Shown: in pieces, positions 18,273 to 27,533 of the stretch
How positions within the stretch are numbered: position 1 is the first letter of the stretch
Layout of the letters: each line of letters opens with the position of its first letter
From: Chloroflexota bacterium
Lineage (GTDB): Bacteria; Chloroflexota; Dehalococcoidia; Lucifugimonadales; UBA3495
DNA: 64,000 bases
Direction of reading: 5' to 3'
Assembly: GCA_027623675.1 (NCBI GenBank)
Contig: JAQBVF010000018.1
Coordinates: 1 to 64,000, forward strand
Notes under the pieces: model-generated
What the model saw: only the letters and a program-made list of their open reading frames with translations
Database searches by the model: none
Told to the model about the DNA's origin: nothing
Position numbers and translations under genes: made by a program

Positions 18273-19631
18273 ATGCCTGACCTAGAGAACCTGTTGGACC
18301 AAGTCGATGAGATGCGCGACCAGATCGTGGCGCTGGAGCAGGACTTGGTGCGCATACCCACGGTTAACACTGGAGCCATGCCCACGGGCAACGAGACTGA
18401 GGCCTGCCTATATTTGGAGAAATGGCTAGCAGCCGATGGCATCCATTCGGAGACCATCGAGTCCGCTCCGGGCCGGGGTAACCTGATCGCCCGGCTGGAG
18501 GGTAACTCGGGCAAGGCCGGGTTGATGTTCATGTCCCATCTAGACGTGGTGCCGGTGGAGGAAGAGGAGAAATGGCGCTTCCCTCCCTTCAGCGCCACGG
18601 TGGCGGATGGCCGGGTCTTTGGCCGGGGGGCGTCGGACTGCAAAGCGCTACTGACCTGCCAACTTATCGCCATGCGCATCCTCAAGCGGAATGGCATCGA
18701 GCTTAAGGACAGTCTGATCTTGGCTTCCTGCGCCGACGAGGAGCACGGTGGGCGCTACGGGTTCGGCTGGATGGCCGAGCATCACCCCGAGAAGCTGGCC
18801 GCGCCCTTCGCGGTGAACGAAGGCGGCGGCGTGCCCATCCAGGCGGCAGGCGCTCTGACTTACCTGTTGGGCATCGGCGAGAAGGGCCGGCTGCAATTGG
18901 AGATCGAGGTCCGTGGCGCCAGCGCCCACGCGTCCACTCCCTGGCAGGGCTCCAACGCCCTGTTCGGCCTGTCGGAGGTCGTGAAGCGCATCGAAGCCTA
19001 TGAGCCGGAACGGGACACATCCACCAGCCTGTTCGAGCACCTGTCCACGTTCGCCATCGAGGACAAACCCTCGGCGGCCAACATCGACCAGATCATCGCC
19101 GATAACGAAGAGAAGCAGCCGCGGTTCGCGTCCATCATGAAGGCCCTGTCCCGCATGACCATCACGCCCACCATGATCCAGGGCGGCATCAAGTCCAACA
19201 GTGTGCCGGAGACCGTGCGGCTGACCTGCGACGTGCGGACCCTGCCCCATCAGGACGAGGCCTACGTGCGGCAGGAGTTGGACAAGATACTGGACGGCAT
19301 CCCCGGCGTGACGATCGACATCGACTATATGTCGGTGCCCAACTCGTCGCCCTTCGAGACCGAATTCGCCCACCGGATCCAGATCAGCACGGCCAACGCG
19401 CTAAAGCGGGACGATATCCAGTGGGTTCCGTCGCTGAACACCGGGTTCACCGACTCGCGGTTCACCCGCAACCTGGGCACCACCACCTACGGCATGGTGG
19501 GCTCCCACCCCGACGACGACCCCATGATCAGCTTCATCCACGGCACCAACGAGTCGGTGGGTATCAGAAGTCTGATCAGCGGCACGCGGATAATGCTGGC
19601 CCTGGCCTACGACATCCTAGCCGTGAAGTAG
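18273..19631 (+). CDS. M20 family metallopeptidase/deacylase (ArgE/DapE-like)
   Basis: SHLDVVP, GRGASDCK, ADEE.GG, NEGG, GFTDSRF, HG.NE. Confidence 0.92.
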   Translation: MPDLENLLDQVDEMRDQIVALEQDLVRIPTVNTGAMPTGNETEACLYLEKWLAADGIHSETIESAPGRGNLIARLEGNSGKAGLMFMSHLDVVPVEEEEKWRFPPFSATVADGRVFGRGASDCKALLTCQLIAMRILKRNGIELKDSLILASCADEEHGGRYGFGWMAEHHPEKLAAPFAVNEGGGVPIQAAGALTYLLGIGEKGRLQLEIEVRGASAHASTPWQGSNALFGLSEVVKRIEAYEPERDTSTSLFEHLSTFAIEDKPSAANIDQIIADNEEKQPRFASIMKALSRMTITPTMIQGGIKSNSVPETVRLTCDVRTLPHQDEAYVRQELDKILDGIPGVTIDIDYMSVPNSSPFETEFAHRIQISTANALKRDDIQWVPSLNTGFTDSRFTRNLGTTTYGMVGSHPDDDPMISFIHGTNESVGIRSLISGTRIMLALAYDILAVK

Positions 19632-19695
19632 GTCCCAAAGGGACATTTAGTAGGGGGCGACCGTCCCAACTACAGCCTGACCTGGAGGTCTCGAC

Positions 19696-20205
19696 ATGAT
19701 CACTGACCCTGATGTCTTTTTGCGGTATTTCCAGTCTTTCCACCGGCGGACGCTGCGGGACATCCAAGCCCTGCCCGAGGCGGCGGAGGGTTGGGAGCCG
19801 TCGACCGGAGAGGGCGAGAAGGGCTGGGGAATCGCCAAGATCGTCTACCATATCGCCGAGTCCCGGTTGTACTTCGCTTCGGCTTACCGGGGCGAGGGGT
19901 GGCGGTACGACTGGTCGCCGGGAAGCACTGAGCAGCAGTCGGGCTGGCTGCCCGCGCTGGAAACCTCGGCGGTCGAATTCCAGAAGCGCATCGAGGGTAC
20001 GCCCAAGGAGTGGCTTGATCGCCGTATCAAGATGATCGACACCGACGGCATGCTAAGCGGCTGGCGCATCCTGATGATGCTGTTGGAACACGAGGTCCAC
20101 CACCGCTCACAGATCGACACCTACGCCGGCCTGGAAGGCTGGGACGTGCCCCAGATCTACGGCCGCACCCGCGAGCAGATCGACGAACTGCAAGACCGGC
20201 AGTAG
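19696..20205 (+). CDS. DinB family protein
   Basis: I..HIA.S and EHEVHHRSQI..Y metal-binding His triad. Confidence 0.88.
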   Translation: MITDPDVFLRYFQSFHRRTLRDIQALPEAAEGWEPSTGEGEKGWGIAKIVYHIAESRLYFASAYRGEGWRYDWSPGSTEQQSGWLPALETSAVEFQKRIEGTPKEWLDRRIKMIDTDGMLSGWRILMMLLEHEVHHRSQIDTYAGLEGWDVPQIYGRTREQIDELQDRQ

Positions 20206-20218
20206 GCGGTCTACCCGG

Positions 20219-21025
20219 TCAATACGTCTCAATTTCCTCAGGGGCAACACCAAGGTGGAGCGCTAGGGAATCTAGAGTCTTCTGATGCACCGTTTTCACT
20301 TCACCGCGTTCGATGCGGCCGACTTCCTTGGCGCTGAGACTTGGCGAAAAATCGCTCTGCTTCAAGCCTTTCTGTAGCCTGAGCCGGCGCAAAGCCCCGC
20401 CGAAAGAGTCATCCGAATCCAAACGTCGTTCTTTATCCCTGCGGCGATAGGATGGATCGAATTCGTACAAGATCGCATCTGCGCCAGCTTCAAATTCGCC
20501 CAACCTAACGGTCTGGCCAAAGTCGATTATCTCGAAGTCGTCTGGATCTGGCTGAGGAGAATTCGGTCCAGCTTCGAACCACGACAGCGGCAGTGTTATG
20601 GGCTCAAGATTGCCCCGGTATAAGATTACCGAATCATTTGCCTTATCGATCGTTCCGCCAAGGAAGAAATCTTCGCTGTCTGCGGAAGCAAAGATTTCTG
20701 CGATCTCTCCCAGCGGGAGCAGCTTGAGTTGGTCGTCGGGCGATACCACTCGGCTGAATTTGGCATCAAGGTAATGCTTGATTGACCCTTCGGTTGGTTC
20801 TAAACATAAAAGGCGATGGTTCCCCTTCGGACTTCCAACAATGTTGCCTAGCAGGAGCATATCGGAATGACGGGGCGCGAGCCAGACAAAATTCGACGCT
20901 GCCGTGGCATACAATTCCCGAACGTCCTCGTTAGTGCGCGCGATAGTTGCACCAATTTCAGACCAGATATCGGCGATATCCGGGTCATCGCTAACCAATA
21001 TTCGGTTATCTTTCTTCGTCGTCAT
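20219..21025 (-). CDS. DUF2442-like domain fused to C-terminal XRE HTH (putative antitoxin/regulator)
   Basis: ITLPLSWF...FEIIDFGQTVRLG followed by FGGALRRLRLQKGLKQSDF...VGRIERGE; lower GC. Confidence 0.7.
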   Translation of the reverse strand: MTTKKDNRILVSDDPDIADIWSEIGATIARTNEDVRELYATAASNFVWLAPRHSDMLLLGNIVGSPKGNHRLLCLEPTEGSIKHYLDAKFSRVVSPDDQLKLLPLGEIAEIFASADSEDFFLGGTIDKANDSVILYRGNLEPITLPLSWFEAGPNSPQPDPDDFEIIDFGQTVRLGEFEAGADAILYEFDPSYRRRDKERRLDSDDSFGGALRRLRLQKGLKQSDFSPSLSAKEVGRIERGEVKTVHQKTLDSLALHLGVAPEEIETY

Positions 21026-21296
21026 GGTGCCCTAGGATGGGATTATTGGGGTACATCTGGTCCCATTCATTGCAGAGGGAGGTGTAGTTCTTGAGGATCT
21101 GTTCCATCAGCACTTCAGGGACATCTGATGGCATGGGAGTTTTGTCCATGAATCGACGCTCTCTGAGATTCCAACGCCATAATCTGCCCCTGCGAAGGAT
21201 CGTGAGATGAGGAGCTTCCCGGATCTCCTTGTCCCGAATCTTTACCTGCCACCCCTGATTTTTTAGATTCACCGGAAGCGGGAATGAAAACGCCAA
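21006..21296 (-). CDS. DUF4160-like small protein (putative toxin)
   Basis: W.VKIRDKE.REAPHLTI...L..EWD.M.P.NP; overlaps the downstream gene start. Confidence 0.65.
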   Translation of the reverse strand: MAFSFPLPVNLKNQGWQVKIRDKEIREAPHLTILRRGRLWRWNLRERRFMDKTPMPSDVPEVLMEQILKNYTSLCNEWDQMYPNNPILGHHDDEER

Positions 21297-21311
21297 ACTA
21301 CTTTGCTCCCA

Positions 21312-21352
21312 TTATTATATGTCCTTTGTTATGAAATTGCCAAAAGGACATA
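21312..21352 (-). promoter_or_regulatory. sigma70-type promoter overlapped by an inverted-repeat operator
   Basis: Minus strand TTGGCA-18 nt-TATAAT; perfect inverted repeat TATGTCCTTT (21318-21327) / AAAGGACATA (21343-21352). Confidence 0.7.
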
Positions 21353-21396
21353 ATTCGCAATTGGAGTCAGTTGTGGCCGTTCAGCAACAATGCCGT

Positions 21397-22875
21397 TCAG
21401 ATGGGGAGCGCCGCCGGCGGGATGCGTTGGTTCCAGGTTACGGCTTGCTCGTAGGCGTGGGCCACGCGTAGGACGGTTGCCTCGTCGAAGGGGCGTCCGG
21501 CGATCTGCATGGCCAACGGCAGGCCGCCGCTATCATTTATCCCTTCCCCACCCGCCCTACTTGGGTCTGAAGTGAAGCCGCAGAGGATGGACAGGGCTGG
21601 GGCGCCGCTGAGGCTGTAGGGGCCACGGAACCCACCGGCGGCCAGCGCGCTTTTGGCGCCGTCTTGGCTCACCACGTTCTGGTCCATGTTGATGATGTTG
21701 GCTGGGCGTCCGGACGTGGGTTGGATCAGGACATCGACGTCTTCCAGCAGGCCGAGCACCTGGTTCCGCACCATGGTCCGCAGCTTTTGGGCTTTGTAGT
21801 AGACCTGGGCGGGTATCAGGTTGGCGGTGGTGAAGTGCACGCGGGTGTTGTAGTGGTAGTCTTCGGGGCGTTCCCGCAGCCATTCGGGCCGCAGGCTCAC
21901 CCGGTCCACATGGGTGATGGCGCGGGTGATGTAGCCTGTCTTCTCGGCCAGGGGCATGGACACCTCACGCACCTCAGCGCCCAGCTCGGCCAGCACGGTG
22001 ATGGCGGCCAAAACCGCCTCGCGCATCTGCGGGTCCAGGTCCAGTTCTACGGGGTCGATCAACTCTTTGACCACGCCCACCTTCAGGCCCTTCAGGTCTC
22101 CGGTCAAAGCCGCTTGGTAGTCGGGCACCGGCGCCCGGTGGGTGGACGGGTCCTTGGGGTCGTAGCCCGCTATCCCGCCGATGGTGATGGCGCAGTCCTC
22201 CACGGTGCGGGAGATCGGCCCGATGGTGTCGAAGGACCAGCCGGCGCCGTCCACGCCGTATCGGCTGACCCGGCCCCAGGTTGGGCGCAGTCCCACCAGG
22301 CCGCAATTGGCCGCCGGACCACGGATGGAACCGCCGGTGTCCTCGCCAAGGGACGTGGCGCAGAGGCGGGCGGCGGTGGCGGCGCCGGAGCCGGTGGAGG
22401 ATACGCCGGGACTTCGGGACAGGTCCCAGGGATTGCGCGCCGGGCCGAAGGCCGAGCTCTGTGGCTCGCCGTGGGCGAACTCGCTCATGTTCAGCTTGCC
22501 CAGCAGGATGGCCCCGGCCTGCTTGAGGTTCGCGACAACCGTGGCGTCCTCTTTGGGCACGAAGTCGGAACGTATCTTGGAGGCGTCGGTGGTGCGCACG
22601 CCCTTGGTGTAGATCTGGTCTTTAACGGCGATGGGGATGCCGTGCAATGGCCCCCGGTACCCGCCGCGGCGTATCTCGGCCTCAGCCTGCAGGGCTTCCT
22701 GACGGGCCTGGTCGGCGGTAACGGTGATGTATGAATTGACCTTGGGGTCGATGCGGTCGATGCGCTCCAAATAAGCTTCCACCGCTTCGGTCGGAGAGAC
22801 CTGCCGGGCCTTGATGGCGGCGCCCAACTCCGTTGCGGACAGGAAGGCTATGTCCCCTATGTCATTCATGGCCAT
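21397..22875 (-). CDS. Amidase signature family (GatA/AtzE-like)
   Basis: GPLHGIPIAVKD, GKLNMSEFA, PG.SS.GS, GEDTGGSIRGPA. Confidence 0.92.
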   Translation of the reverse strand: MAMNDIGDIAFLSATELGAAIKARQVSPTEAVEAYLERIDRIDPKVNSYITVTADQARQEALQAEAEIRRGGYRGPLHGIPIAVKDQIYTKGVRTTDASKIRSDFVPKEDATVVANLKQAGAILLGKLNMSEFAHGEPQSSAFGPARNPWDLSRSPGVSSTGSGAATAARLCATSLGEDTGGSIRGPAANCGLVGLRPTWGRVSRYGVDGAGWSFDTIGPISRTVEDCAITIGGIAGYDPKDPSTHRAPVPDYQAALTGDLKGLKVGVVKELIDPVELDLDPQMREAVLAAITVLAELGAEVREVSMPLAEKTGYITRAITHVDRVSLRPEWLRERPEDYHYNTRVHFTTANLIPAQVYYKAQKLRTMVRNQVLGLLEDVDVLIQPTSGRPANIINMDQNVVSQDGAKSALAAGGFRGPYSLSGAPALSILCGFTSDPSRAGGEGINDSGGLPLAMQIAGRPFDEATVLRVAHAYEQAVTWNQRIPPAALPI

Positions 22876-23047
22876 GATGTACCTCCATGCTCTTTCGATG
22901 CTCCGATTATGCTCCGACGTCGGTCCCCTGCTCCAATTTCCATGTCACCCATGGCGGTTGGCGGGTTGAGAGTGGTTAGATTCCTCGTCGCTTAACTTTT
23001 CGGAACGACAGATGTGAAGTAGGCTCCGATTCCCGAATTTGTGGGAG

Positions 23048-24175
23048 CTATACGCCGGAGTCGAGCATGCGCTGGCGCATCTCGGGCGGGACCTCGCGTA
23101 GGCGTTGGCGGAAGGCCGTGTTGGCCCGGTCGGAGACCCGGCGGGCGGCTTCGGTGATCAGGTCCACGCCGCCCAGATAGTCGTCGACATGGATGTATTC
23201 GGCTTCGATGCGGCCCTCGGGCGCGCCGTTGTGGTAGTTGCCCAGCGGGAAGGCGATGCCGGTGGTCTGGTAGCCATACACGGCGAAGGCGCTGGCCTCG
23301 CAGGTGCCGCCGCTCATCAGTTGGCGTTGGCATTTGAACCCGCTGTCCTTTTCCCGGAGCGTCTCGCGGGCGCGGACCAAGACTGCTTCGGCGTCGGCGG
23401 TGAAGGTGAAACCGGCGTCCCCCACCCGGATGACCGGGCCCTCGCCCATCTCGGCGCCGGGCAGCGTGCGGCTGGATTCGGCGGAAATGACCAGCGTCTC
23501 CGGCGGCAGCGTGCCTGCCTCGGCCATTAGCCGCGCTCCGACCAGGCCGACCTCTTCGGCCCGGGTGAAGACGCCGTAGACGTCTCCCGGCGGCGGGTCT
23601 CCCGCGGTGAGCCGGGCCAATGCGGCCAGGATGCTGCCGCAGCCGGCCAGGTCGTCCACGGCCCGCATGCGGATGTGCTGGCCGTCCAATTCGAAGTCAA
23701 CCAGGTCGAACACCACCGAGATGGGCGGTTCCAGGTCTAATGGTTGGGCAAATTTGATCAGGACCTGCCGCTTGTTGGTGTCTGCGTCATCGTCGATCCT
23801 CCCGGCGGTGACGCCGCTGACCCGGCTGCCGTCGGGGAGCAGCGCCAGGACCGGCACGGCGTCTTCGAAGCTGGCGGGCGGCACTCCGCCCATGGCCGTG
23901 GCGATATAGTTTGTTTGGGGCGCGCCGGGTTGGCTGGCGGTGATCTCAAAGCCCGGGTGGTCCATGTGGGCAACTATGGCCAGCGGGTTGGCTGTTTGGT
24001 CGGAGCCCGCGACCTTGGCGATGATATTTCCGAAGGAGTCCTGGCTGTATGCCACTCCCGACTCGTCCAGGATGGCTTTGATCTCGGCAGCGACGCCGGC
24101 TTCTTTATATGCCGTCGCCGGGTTGCCGCCCAGCCGGGAAAGGAAGTCCAGCGCCTGCTGTTGGGGGTCGGTCAT
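23048..24175 (-). CDS. M20/M42-like metallohydrolase
   Basis: AHMDHPG, RAVDDLAG, FTRAEEVG, GGTCEA, GNYHN. Confidence 0.85.
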   Translation of the reverse strand: MTDPQQQALDFLSRLGGNPATAYKEAGVAAEIKAILDESGVAYSQDSFGNIIAKVAGSDQTANPLAIVAHMDHPGFEITASQPGAPQTNYIATAMGGVPPASFEDAVPVLALLPDGSRVSGVTAGRIDDDADTNKRQVLIKFAQPLDLEPPISVVFDLVDFELDGQHIRMRAVDDLAGCGSILAALARLTAGDPPPGDVYGVFTRAEEVGLVGARLMAEAGTLPPETLVISAESSRTLPGAEMGEGPVIRVGDAGFTFTADAEAVLVRARETLREKDSGFKCQRQLMSGGTCEASAFAVYGYQTTGIAFPLGNYHNGAPEGRIEAEYIHVDDYLGGVDLITEAARRVSDRANTAFRQRLREVPPEMRQRMLDSGV

Positions 24176-24328
24176 AGAGCACCTTTGGGAAAGATATGCG
24201 GTTGGAAGCTGGCGGGATTATAGCAATGGCGGGCTTGAGGCTCAATGCGAATATCGGATGCTATACTTTTGGCCAAGATTAAAGGGCAGGCCAGGGTGAG
24301 CCCAGCCTGCGAGCTGAGGAGACAGTAG

Positions 24329-25405
24329 GTGCTAGAGCAATTTAAGGTTAGCCACGACGACGCCCGATTCGTGCAGGCGGACGACCTGAAGAAGACGGTG
24401 GCGGGCATATTCGAGAAGCTGGGCGTGCCGTCGGAGGACGCTCTCTTGGCGGCCGATGTGCAAGTCTTGGCCGATCTGCGGGGCGTGGACTCCCACGGCG
24501 TTTCCAACATGTTGAAGAGTTACATCACCGGCTACCAGGAGGGGTCCATCAACCCCCGGCCCAACTGGAAGATCGTAAGGGAGACCCCCAGCACGGCGAC
24601 CGTCGATTCAGACCGGGGACTGGGCACGATCATAACGCCCAAGGCGATGGACATCGCCATCGAGAAGGCCCGGAAGGTCGGCGTGGGCATGGTGACCATC
24701 GGCAACGCGCGGCACCTGGGCATGGCGTCGTACCACGCCATGATGGCCCTGAAACACGACATGATCGGCATCTGCATGACCAGTTGCCCGCCTTCGGTGC
24801 TGCCCACGTTCGGCGCGGAGCCGCGTCTGGGCACCAACCCCATCGCCATCGCGGTGCCGGCCAAGGACCAGCCTCCCTTCGTGTTCGACGCGGCGACCAG
24901 TTCCGTGGCGGTGAACAAGATACGCATCGCGGCGCGGTTGGGCGCGGAGATCCCCGGCGGCTGGCTGGCGGCTGAGGATGGCAGCCCGATCATGGAGCCG
25001 TCGCAGGCCCCGGAGAATGTGATCCTGCTGCCGCTGGGCAGTGACCGGAAACTTGGCTCCCACAAGGGCTACGGCCTTTCCTGCATGGTGGACATCTTGG
25101 CGGGGGTGTTGACCGGCTTCGGTTACGGCGCGGTGCCCGGACGGCCCAACTTCGGCCACATGGTCGCGGCCTACAGCATCGACGCGTTCACCGACGTTGA
25201 GCCGTTCAAGGCGGAGATGGATGAGTGGCTGACCATGATGAAAACCACCAAGCCGGCGCCAGGCCACGACCGGGTGCTGGTGGCCGGCCAGCCCGAAGCT
25301 GAGGTGGAAGCGGTCCGCCGGGAGGAGGGCATACCGCTGCATCCCGACGTCGCCGACTGGATCCGGGACACCTGCGGCGAGATGTCGGTGCCGTGTTTGT
25401 TTTAG
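24329..25405 (+). CDS. Ldh_2 family oxidoreductase (malate/L-lactate/ureidoglycolate dehydrogenase-like)
   Basis: ADLRGVDSHG, H.G...Y, GTNPIA, FD.ATS, SHKGYGL. Confidence 0.92.
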   Translation: MLEQFKVSHDDARFVQADDLKKTVAGIFEKLGVPSEDALLAADVQVLADLRGVDSHGVSNMLKSYITGYQEGSINPRPNWKIVRETPSTATVDSDRGLGTIITPKAMDIAIEKARKVGVGMVTIGNARHLGMASYHAMMALKHDMIGICMTSCPPSVLPTFGAEPRLGTNPIAIAVPAKDQPPFVFDAATSSVAVNKIRIAARLGAEIPGGWLAAEDGSPIMEPSQAPENVILLPLGSDRKLGSHKGYGLSCMVDILAGVLTGFGYGAVPGRPNFGHMVAAYSIDAFTDVEPFKAEMDEWLTMMKTTKPAPGHDRVLVAGQPEAEVEAVRREEGIPLHPDVADWIRDTCGEMSVPCLF

Positions 25406-25409
25406 GGGT

Positions 25410-26063
25410 GTGATGGCCGATCTATTACAGCCGGAAACGGCCAACAACGATGGCTTCTACTTTCATGAGGCCTATGTTGTTTGGGAGATTGCCTTCAATG
25501 AAGCCCTCTCGATGCAGCAGAACCCCGGTTTTGTGCATTTGGCCGGGGCATGCTTGTACCGGCTCAGGGAGTCCGACCTGACCCTGGCCAAAGAGTTGGG
25601 AATCACGGTCTACCATCTTCGGAATTGGGCGATGGAGAACCTGCCGACGACAAACTCGTTTGCCCGCCGCTACGATGGCCATATCGATTTCGACTACACC
25701 ATCGAAAGAAGGGCCGACAAGATGCATGTTCGCCAAGTCAAGAAGTGCGACAACGGGTCGCCAATGCCTCACCCGGACCAGGTTCATCTTCCGGATGAGG
25801 GTCTGATTGTCCGGGAAAGGATCGATCCGGCGGCCAGTGAGATGTGGGCTACCGCGATGATGTCCACCTATGAATTTGCTCAAGAGGTTTATGCGGACTC
25901 CGGGGATGCCGAATCGCCTGTTGCCTCGGGGCGCAGGATACTTTTGGCCTTGTTGGACACAGTCGAAGTGCGAAGCTGCGTTGAGAATGTTGGGTTCTCA
26001 GTGGGCGAAATGAGGGGCAAGCTGGAGTTGGTGGGTTTACGCGAGGACTCGCCCCCTTCCTAA
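25410..26063 (+). CDS. Hypothetical protein with two degenerate Clp-N-like repeats
   Basis: IAFNEA......VHLAGACL...LAKELGIT and AQE...GRRILLALL......ENVGFS...MR; no AAA+ motifs. Confidence 0.5.
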   Translation: MMADLLQPETANNDGFYFHEAYVVWEIAFNEALSMQQNPGFVHLAGACLYRLRESDLTLAKELGITVYHLRNWAMENLPTTNSFARRYDGHIDFDYTIERRADKMHVRQVKKCDNGSPMPHPDQVHLPDEGLIVRERIDPAASEMWATAMMSTYEFAQEVYADSGDAESPVASGRRILLALLDTVEVRSCVENVGFSVGEMRGKLELVGLREDSPPS

Positions 26064-26124
26064 CTTGAGGTTTCCTCGAGTTTTGTGGGTGGATGCCGCC
26101 GCCTTTGACATTCCGGCCGTCTTG

Positions 26125-26241
26125 GTCATTCCGAGCGAAGCGAGGAATCTCGTTGCTGACGTGAGACCAACTGGCGGTACGATAGCAACCTTGAAGTCAG
26201 GCAATGAGATTCTGGTCATTCCGCGGAAGGACCAGAATGAC
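26125..26241. repeat. REP-like palindromic element GTCATTCCGAGCGAAGCGAGGAATCTC...GAGATTCT...CAGAATGAC
   Basis: Complementary ends GTCATTC/GAATGAC and GAATCTC/GAGATTC; extra GTCATTCC copies near 26215 and 26272; lies between convergent genes. Confidence 0.7.
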
Positions 26242-26366
26242 GGCTGGCGAGTGTGGTTGCTCGGCACGCCCGTCATTCCAACTTTCGCCGAGACGACGGC
26301 ATCGGCCCCGTAGCGTGCGGGCCATGATGAAACTCTGGGATGACTCTTGTTTCAGTTTTCTAGAGG

Positions 26367-27500
26367 CTAGTCCTGTAGCGCGGGAATCACTTCTTCGCCC
26401 ATGAGTTTTATGGACCGCATGGTGTCCTCGTGGGATAGCGGGCCGCCCTGGGCTTCCAGCAGCAAGGAGCCGATGCCAAGTTCTTCTTTGATGTGGCGGA
26501 GCTTCTTGATAACGGTCTCCGGACTGCCGACCACCAGGTGATAATTATCCTGGAGTTCTTCATAGGACATCTCGTTCATTGGCTTCTGACGGCGTGCGGC
26601 GTTGGCGGCGACACCGGCTTGGGAGAAGTAACCCGGCGGGGCCCAGTACTCTCTCGGTCCCTTTAGCGGGTGGCCCATGCGCCACATGAAGGCTTTGCCC
26701 GATTCCTGAGCTTTCTCGTCGGTCTCGTTAACGTGGGCGCAGATCATGAAGGCGAACTTGTCCGGGCCTGCCTGCCAGCCCTGCTGGGCTGCCTGCTCCC
26801 GGTAGCTGCCGAACAATTGTTTAGCCCTGTTTATCTCGGTCAAGAACGCGGCGTAGGTGTAGCGGTGCTTTACCGCCCATTCCACCGTCTCCGGGCTGCC
26901 GGTGCCTGGCACCCAGGCGGGGGGATGGGGCTTTTGCACGGGCACCATCCAAGGGTTCACCGCCCGGTATTGGTAGTGTTTGCCCTCCCAGCGGAACGGG
27001 CCGGGGGTGGTCCACGTCTTGATGATCAGGTCGTGGCACTCTTCGAACCGCTCCCGGTTGTAGACCGGATTGGTGTTGTTGGCCCAGCTCTCCACCCCGA
27101 TGCCCCGGACAAACCCGGAGACGATGCGGCCGCCGGATATGACGTCCAGCATTGCGATCTCTTCGGCCAGTCTTGGCGGGTTGTCGGACGTGGGCAGCAT
27201 ATTCCCCAGCATCAAGATCTTCGCTTTTGACGTCAGACGGGCCAGGATGCCGCCGGTGATGTTCACTTCAACGTCCATACACGATGGTGTGTTGTGGTGC
27301 TCGTTGATCATCAGCCCCTGGAACCCGGCCTCCTCGGCGTACTGGAACTCGTCCAGGTAGCGCTTGAACAGGTCGGTGGCCTTGTTGGGGTCGAAGTAGC
27401 TATTGGGAAAGGTCAGCCGCAGAGAGGGCCACTGCTCGGCGAGTTCATCGTCGATGTAGTGGTATGGCATCTCGGTGAAGTAATAAACGTCCAGACTCAA
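26367..27500 (-). CDS. LLM-class flavin-dependent monooxygenase
   Basis: FTEMPY, NEHHNTP, RLAEEIAMLD.ISGGR..SGFVRG.G.E, P.QKPHPP. Confidence 0.92.
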   Translation of the reverse strand: MSLDVYYFTEMPYHYIDDELAEQWPSLRLTFPNSYFDPNKATDLFKRYLDEFQYAEEAGFQGLMINEHHNTPSCMDVEVNITGGILARLTSKAKILMLGNMLPTSDNPPRLAEEIAMLDVISGGRIVSGFVRGIGVESWANNTNPVYNRERFEECHDLIIKTWTTPGPFRWEGKHYQYRAVNPWMVPVQKPHPPAWVPGTGSPETVEWAVKHRYTYAAFLTEINRAKQLFGSYREQAAQQGWQAGPDKFAFMICAHVNETDEKAQESGKAFMWRMGHPLKGPREYWAPPGYFSQAGVAANAARRQKPMNEMSYEELQDNYHLVVGSPETVIKKLRHIKEELGIGSLLLEAQGGPLSHEDTMRSIKLMGEEVIPALQD

Positions 27501-27533
27501 TGTGGTTCTCCTTGGAGAAAGCTGTTTGCTGAT

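Noticed and set aside
21664..22734. Long antisense ORFs (for example 21664..22734, 27294..28412, 39155..40171, 3186..4283)
   Set aside because: They are expected shadow or alternate frames of high-GC genes whose true frame has clear family motifs.
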